A stretch of DNA of 63,684 nt, counting the filler. It is 5 parts of 5 records of this genome, joined end to end, with 100 filler letters (N's around TTAATTAATTAA, not from the genome) between each part and the next. Parts side by side here need not be neighbours in the genome. Positions count along the whole stretch, not along the records: positions 56,141 to 63,684 come from SRR2962707_4950; 4 more parts are not named here. One strand, written 5' to 3'. The notes below the pieces were generated by a model. It was not told where the DNA came from, did no database searches, and saw only the letters and a list, made by a program, of their open reading frames with translations. Both the position numbers and the translations under genes were made by a program. Of this stretch, positions 59,674 to 63,684 are shown in pieces (positions within the stretch are counted from its first letter, which is position 1; each line of letters begins with the position of its first letter).

Positions 59674-60871
59674 TGATGGTCACGTAATCATGGGAAAAAT
59701 CACAGGTCCAGACCGTTTCTCGGACATTGCCCCGCTTCAGGTCAATAGCAATGGTGATCTCTTCCTGATCCATCACCGCCTGGCCCCGAGCCTCGGAGTA
59801 GTCGTCGGCTCGGCCACCGTTGCGCACCAGGCAGACATCGCCCAGGTAAATTTCAAGGGCATTGAGGTCCAGATTCTCCACACCGGCACGACCAACGGCC
59901 GCCAGGATACGCCCCCAGTTCGGGTCTGACGCGAACAGGGCGGTTTTCACCAGCGGGGAGTGCGCCACGGTATAGGCTACATCAAGCGCTTCTTGCTGGC
60001 TGGCTGCGCCGCTGACATCAATGGTGACGAATTTGGTAGCCCCCTCGCCATCCCGGACAATGGCGTGGGCCAGTTCCAGGTATACGTCCTGCAAGGCCGC
60101 CCGCAGTTCCGGCAGCAGCGGGCTGTCGGCGGTAATCTCAGGCCCGCCATACTGGCCACTGGCCATCAGCATGCAGGCATCGTTGGTGGAGGTGTCGCCG
60201 TCAATGGTAATGCGGTTGAACGACTTCTCGCCGAGCTCAGAAGCCAGCGTTTGCAGTACCTCCGGCGCAAGACGGGCATCGGTAGCGATGAAGCCGAGCA
60301 TGGTGGCCATGTTGGGGCGAATCATGCCCGCGCCCTTGCTGATTCCGGAAATGGTCACCCGATGGCCATCCAGATCCAGCTGCCGCGACGCGCCTTTAGG
60401 GCGGGTATCGGTGGTCATGATGCCGGATGCCGCCTCTGCCCAGCGGTCTTCCCGGGTGTCGGCCAAAGCCTCTGGCAGTGCACTGACGATCTTGGCGACC
60501 GGCAATGGCTCTCCAATCACCCCGGTAGAGAACGGCAATACCTGGCTGGCAGAAATGCCCGCTTCTTTCGCCAGCGCCTCGCAGCAGGCCGCGGCGTCCG
60601 TCAGGCCCCGTTCGCCGGTACCGGCGTTGGCATTGCCGGTATTGATCAACAGATATCGAGGAGCATCCTGGGACAGGTGGCGGCGACTAAGGACCACTGG
60701 GGCCGCACAGAACTGGTTGCGGGTAAAAATACCCGCTACCCGGGTTTCCGGCGCCAGCTCAAACACCACGATGTCTTTTCTGCCGGGCTTTTTGATCCCC
60801 GCACTGGCTATGCCCAGCTTGATTCCCGCCACCGGGAAGAAATCGGGTAAGGTTCCTGGACCTACCGCCAT
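59654..60871 (-). CDS. argJ: Bifunctional glutamate N-acetyltransferase ArgJ
   Basis: NTGNANAGTG, IMTTDT, KGAGMIRPNMATML, DGDTSTND, DGEGATK. Confidence 0.97.
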   Translation of the reverse strand: MAVGPGTLPDFFPVAGIKLGIASAGIKKPGRKDIVVFELAPETRVAGIFTRNQFCAAPVVLSRRHLSQDAPRYLLINTGNANAGTGERGLTDAAACCEALAKEAGISASQVLPFSTGVIGEPLPVAKIVSALPEALADTREDRWAEAASGIMTTDTRPKGASRQLDLDGHRVTISGISKGAGMIRPNMATMLGFIATDARLAPEVLQTLASELGEKSFNRITIDGDTSTNDACMLMASGQYGGPEITADSPLLPELRAALQDVYLELAHAIVRDGEGATKFVTIDVSGAASQQEALDVAYTVAHSPLVKTALFASDPNWGRILAAVGRAGVENLDLNALEIYLGDVCLVRNGGRADDYSEARGQAVMDQEEITIAIDLKRGNVRETVWTCDFSHDYVTINAEYRT

Positions 60872-60906
60872 GCCTGTCTCCTTGAATTTTCCTGATCTTC
60901 AAACGA

Positions 60907-60949
60907 CAGAACCCGCAAGCGCCAGCGCACTGGCGAATTGCGGGTTCTG
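60907..60949 (-). terminator. Long hairpin downstream of secA
   Basis: CAGAACCCGCAA..CGCCAG-CGCA-CTGGCG..TTGCGGGTTCTG. Confidence 0.65.
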
Positions 60950-60972
60950 GTTTCCGGCTACTCAGTGGCTGA

Positions 60973-63684
60973 TCAGCTCACCTTTCCGCAGCATTGCTTG
61001 TACTTTTTGCCAGACCCGCAGGGGCACGGCTCGTTACGACCGACCTTGCGCTCCTGGCGGACAAAGGTCTCCGGGGTTGCCTGCTGGGCCTGCTGGCCAT
61101 CGTCACCCTCACCTTCTGCCTGGGCGGCACTGGCCTGCTCGTGGCGGAGTTTGGCGCGCGCCATTTCCCGCTCCAGCTCTTCCTTGCGTCGACGTTCGAT
61201 TTCCGCCATTTCCTCCTGGCTCTGAACCCGCACATGGCACAAAACCCGGGTAACGTCACGCTTCATGGTATCGAGCATGGTTTCGAACAGGTTAAACGCC
61301 TCGCGCTTGTATTCCTGCTTCGGGTTCTTCTGAGCGTAGCCACGCAGATGGATACCCCGGCGCAGGTGATCCATGTTGGACAAATGCTCCTTCCACAGGG
61401 TATCCAGCACCTGCAGGAACACCTGCTTCTCAAACTTGCGCAGGGCCTCGGAACCGGCCACTTCTTCCTTGGCCTTGTACTCAGCCACAATGGCGTCGAG
61501 AATCTTCTGGCGAAGATTGTCTTCATACAGTTTATTGTCGTCCTTCAGCCACTGCTGGATGGGCAGTTCAATCGCCATCTCGGACTGCAACTGAGCCTCC
61601 AGCCCCTGCACATCCCACTGTTCGGGCATGCTTTGCGGCGGAATAAACTCACTGACCACCGAATCCACCACGTCTTCGCGGATGGTATCGATCATCTCGG
61701 AAACGTCGTTGGACGCCATCACCTCGTTGCGCTGCTCGTAAATGACCGTACGCTGATCGTTGGCCACATCGTCGTATTCAAGCAGCGTTTTACGCATATC
61801 GAAGTTGCGGCCTTCGACCTTGCGCTGCGACTTTTCAATGGCATTGGTGACCATCCGGTGCTCGATGGCTTCACCTTTCTTCATGCCCATGGCCTGCATC
61901 AGATTCTTCACGCGCTCCGGCGCAAAGATCCGCATCAGGTTGTCCTCCAGCGAGAGGAAGAATCGGGAAGAGCCCGGATCCCCTTGACGACCGGCACGAC
62001 CCCGGAGCTGGTTATCAATCCGGCGGGACTCGTGGCGCTCGGTACCGATGATGTGCAGGCCACCGGCGTCCAGTACCTGGTTGTGGCGCTCAGTCCACTC
62101 CGCCTTCATGCGAGCCACTTCCTCTTCCGAGGGATTATCCAGGGCCGCAACTTCGTACTCCCAGTTGCCACCGAGGACAATATCGGTACCCCGACCCGCC
62201 ATATTGGTAGCAATGGTAACTGCACCCGGCCGCCCTGCCTGGGCAATAATCAAGGCTTCCGACTCGTGCTGTTTGGCGTTCAGGATCTTATGGTCAATGC
62301 GTGCCTTCTTCAGCAGCATGGACAGAAGTTCGGAGGCTTCGATGGACGCGGTGCCCACCAGAATGGGCCGGCCTTCTGCGGTCACATCCTTGATTTCATC
62401 GATGATAGCGTGGAATTTCTCTTCCTGGGTCAGGTACACCAGGTCGTTGTAATCAATCCGCTGAATAGGCTTGTTCGGCGGAATAACCACCACGTCCAGG
62501 CCGTAGATCTGGCGGAATTCGAATGCTTCGGTATCGGCGGTACCTGTCATACCGGCCAGCTTGTCATAGAGACGGAAATAGTTCTGGAAGGTCGTCGACG
62601 CCAGCGTCTGGCTTTCGGCCTGAATCTTGAGCCCTTCTTTTGCTTCAATCGCCTGATGCAGACCTTCGCTCCACCGGCGTCCGGGCATGGTCCGGCCAGT
62701 GTGTTCATCTACGATCACCACCTGACCGCCCTGGACAATGTAATCCACGTCTTTCTGGAACAGGTGATGGGCGCGAAGCGCCGAGTGCACATGGTGCAGC
62801 AAGCTCAGGTTGGCAGCCGAATACAGGCTTTCACCCTCCTTCAGCAGGCCCTGACCAAGCAGCAGATCTTCAACCTTCTCATGACCGGATTCGGTCAGTT
62901 CAACCTGACGGGATTTCTCATCAATGGTGAAGTCACCGGAGGATTCACCTTCCTCGCTCACCTCGCCTTTCTCAAGACTCGGCACCAGAGCATTGACGGC
63001 CTGATACAGTTTGGAAGAATCCTCAGCGGCACCGGAAATAATGAGCGGGGTACGGGCCTCGTCGATCAGGATGGAATCGACTTCATCGACAATGGCAAAG
63101 TTAAGACCGCGCTGAACCTTGTCCTCAATGCTGAAGGCCATGTTGTCGCGCAGATAGTCGAAACCGAACTCGTTATTGGTGCCATAGGTGATATCGGCCT
63201 GATAGGCTGCACGCTTTTCTTCCGGCGGCTGGCCCGACGCCACCACTCCCACCTGCATGCCGAGGAAACGGTAAAGTTTGCCCATCCATTCGGCATCACG
63301 GCGAGCCAGGTAATCGTTCACGGTTACCACGTGCACGCCTTTACCGGGAAGCGCATTCAGGTAGACCGCGGCGGTAGCGACCAGAGTTTTCCCTTCACCG
63401 GTCTTCATTTCGGCGATTCGACCTTCATGCAGGGTCATGCCCCCGATGAGCTGGACATCGTAGTGGCGCATGCCCATCACCCGGCGGCTGGCCTCCCGCA
63501 CTGTGGCAAACACTTCAGGCAGCAGGCTGTCCAGCGCTTCACCTTCATCAAGTCTGCGCCGGAACTCAGCGGTCTTGCCTTGCAACTCGGTGTCAGACAA
63601 TGCGCCAAACTGTTCCTCAAGTTCATTGATGCGCGTGACAACTTTGCGCATCCTCTTGATTTCTCTGGCGTTCTTACTGCCGAA
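60973..63684 (-). CDS. secA: Preprotein translocase SecA (first few codons outside window)
   Basis: [42 protein letters not shown]-terminal [19 protein letters not shown]. Confidence 0.99.
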   Translation of the reverse strand, partial: FGSKNAREIKRMRKVVTRINELEEQFGALSDTELQGKTAEFRRRLDEGEALDSLLPEVFATVREASRRVMGMRHYDVQLIGGMTLHEGRIAEMKTGEGKTLVATAAVYLNALPGKGVHVVTVNDYLARRDAEWMGKLYRFLGMQVGVVASGQPPEEKRAAYQADITYGTNNEFGFDYLRDNMAFSIEDKVQRGLNFAIVDEVDSILIDEARTPLIISGAAEDSSKLYQAVNALVPSLEKGEVSEEGESSGDFTIDEKSRQVELTESGHEKVEDLLLGQGLLKEGESLYSAANLSLLHHVHSALRAHHLFQKDVDYIVQGGQVVIVDEHTGRTMPGRRWSEGLHQAIEAKEGLKIQAESQTLASTTFQNYFRLYDKLAGMTGTADTEAFEFRQIYGLDVVVIPPNKPIQRIDYNDLVYLTQEEKFHAIIDEIKDVTAEGRPILVGTASIEASELLSMLLKKARIDHKILNAKQHESEALIIAQAGRPGAVTIATNMAGRGTDIVLGGNWEYEVAALDNPSEEEVARMKAEWTERHNQVLDAGGLHIIGTERHESRRIDNQLRGRAGRQGDPGSSRFFLSLEDNLMRIFAPERVKNLMQAMGMKKGEAIEHRMVTNAIEKSQRKVEGRNFDMRKTLLEYDDVANDQRTVIYEQRNEVMASNDVSEMIDTIREDVVDSVVSEFIPPQSMPEQWDVQGLEAQLQSEMAIELPIQQWLKDDNKLYEDNLRQKILDAIVAEYKAKEEVAGSEALRKFEKQVFLQVLDTLWKEHLSNMDHLRRGIHLRGYAQKNPKQEYKREAFNLFETMLDTMKRDVTRVLCHVRVQSQEEMAEIERRRKEELEREMARAKLRHEQASAAQAEGEGDDGQQAQQATPETFVRQERKVGRNEPCPCGSGKKYKQCCGKVS

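Noticed and set aside
59960-61253. Long plus-strand ORFs opposite argJ/secA
   Set aside because: Antisense shadows of conserved housekeeping genes.

Overview
The window is not one locus. It is five unrelated contigs joined by N-run linkers carrying TTAATTAATTAA (11115-11214, 19860-19959, 45721-45820, 56041-56140), as in a concatenated marine metagenome or mixed assembly. Taxonomy is inferred from gene content and composition. (1) 1-11114, Marinobacter-like: 'glyA-nrdR-ribD-ribB(X)-ribH-nusB-thiL-pgpA, DUF6316, DUF2057, a WS/DGAT with an HHxxxDA motif, LysR/yqjG, ispB'. (2) 11215-19859, high-GC alphaproteobacterium (Parvibaculum-like): a LonC-type protease operon with two USP-like genes, then HD hydrolase, CX5R phosphatase, NadQ, a membrane protein and nadA' with clear NadQ boxes. 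(3) 19960-45720, Cytophagales-like Bacteroidetes: a DUF559 endonuclease gene bracketed by a structured REP-like repeat family, two copies of which also delimit a ~5.9 kb AraC/OMP/SGNH block; also a candidate sRNA, an NRK-like kinase, NdpA, BLUF, T9SS cargo, two-component systems and BlaI/BlaR-M23. (4) 45821-56040, Rhodobacteraceae: pnp 5' end with a structured leader, a VPLPA-CTERM protein, a SRAP pseudogene, a methyltransferase, a 5'-nucleotidase, DUF952-pyrD-arsC, trpF, lapA, ihfB, rpsA'. (5) 56141-63684, Marinobacter-like: 'dxs, ribA, moaC, mutT-thiE, argJ, secA'. The best candidate for an under-described system is the DUF559 nuclease with its flanking palindromic repeats, which show a compensatory base change. 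All calls come from reading motifs by eye; no database searches were run.
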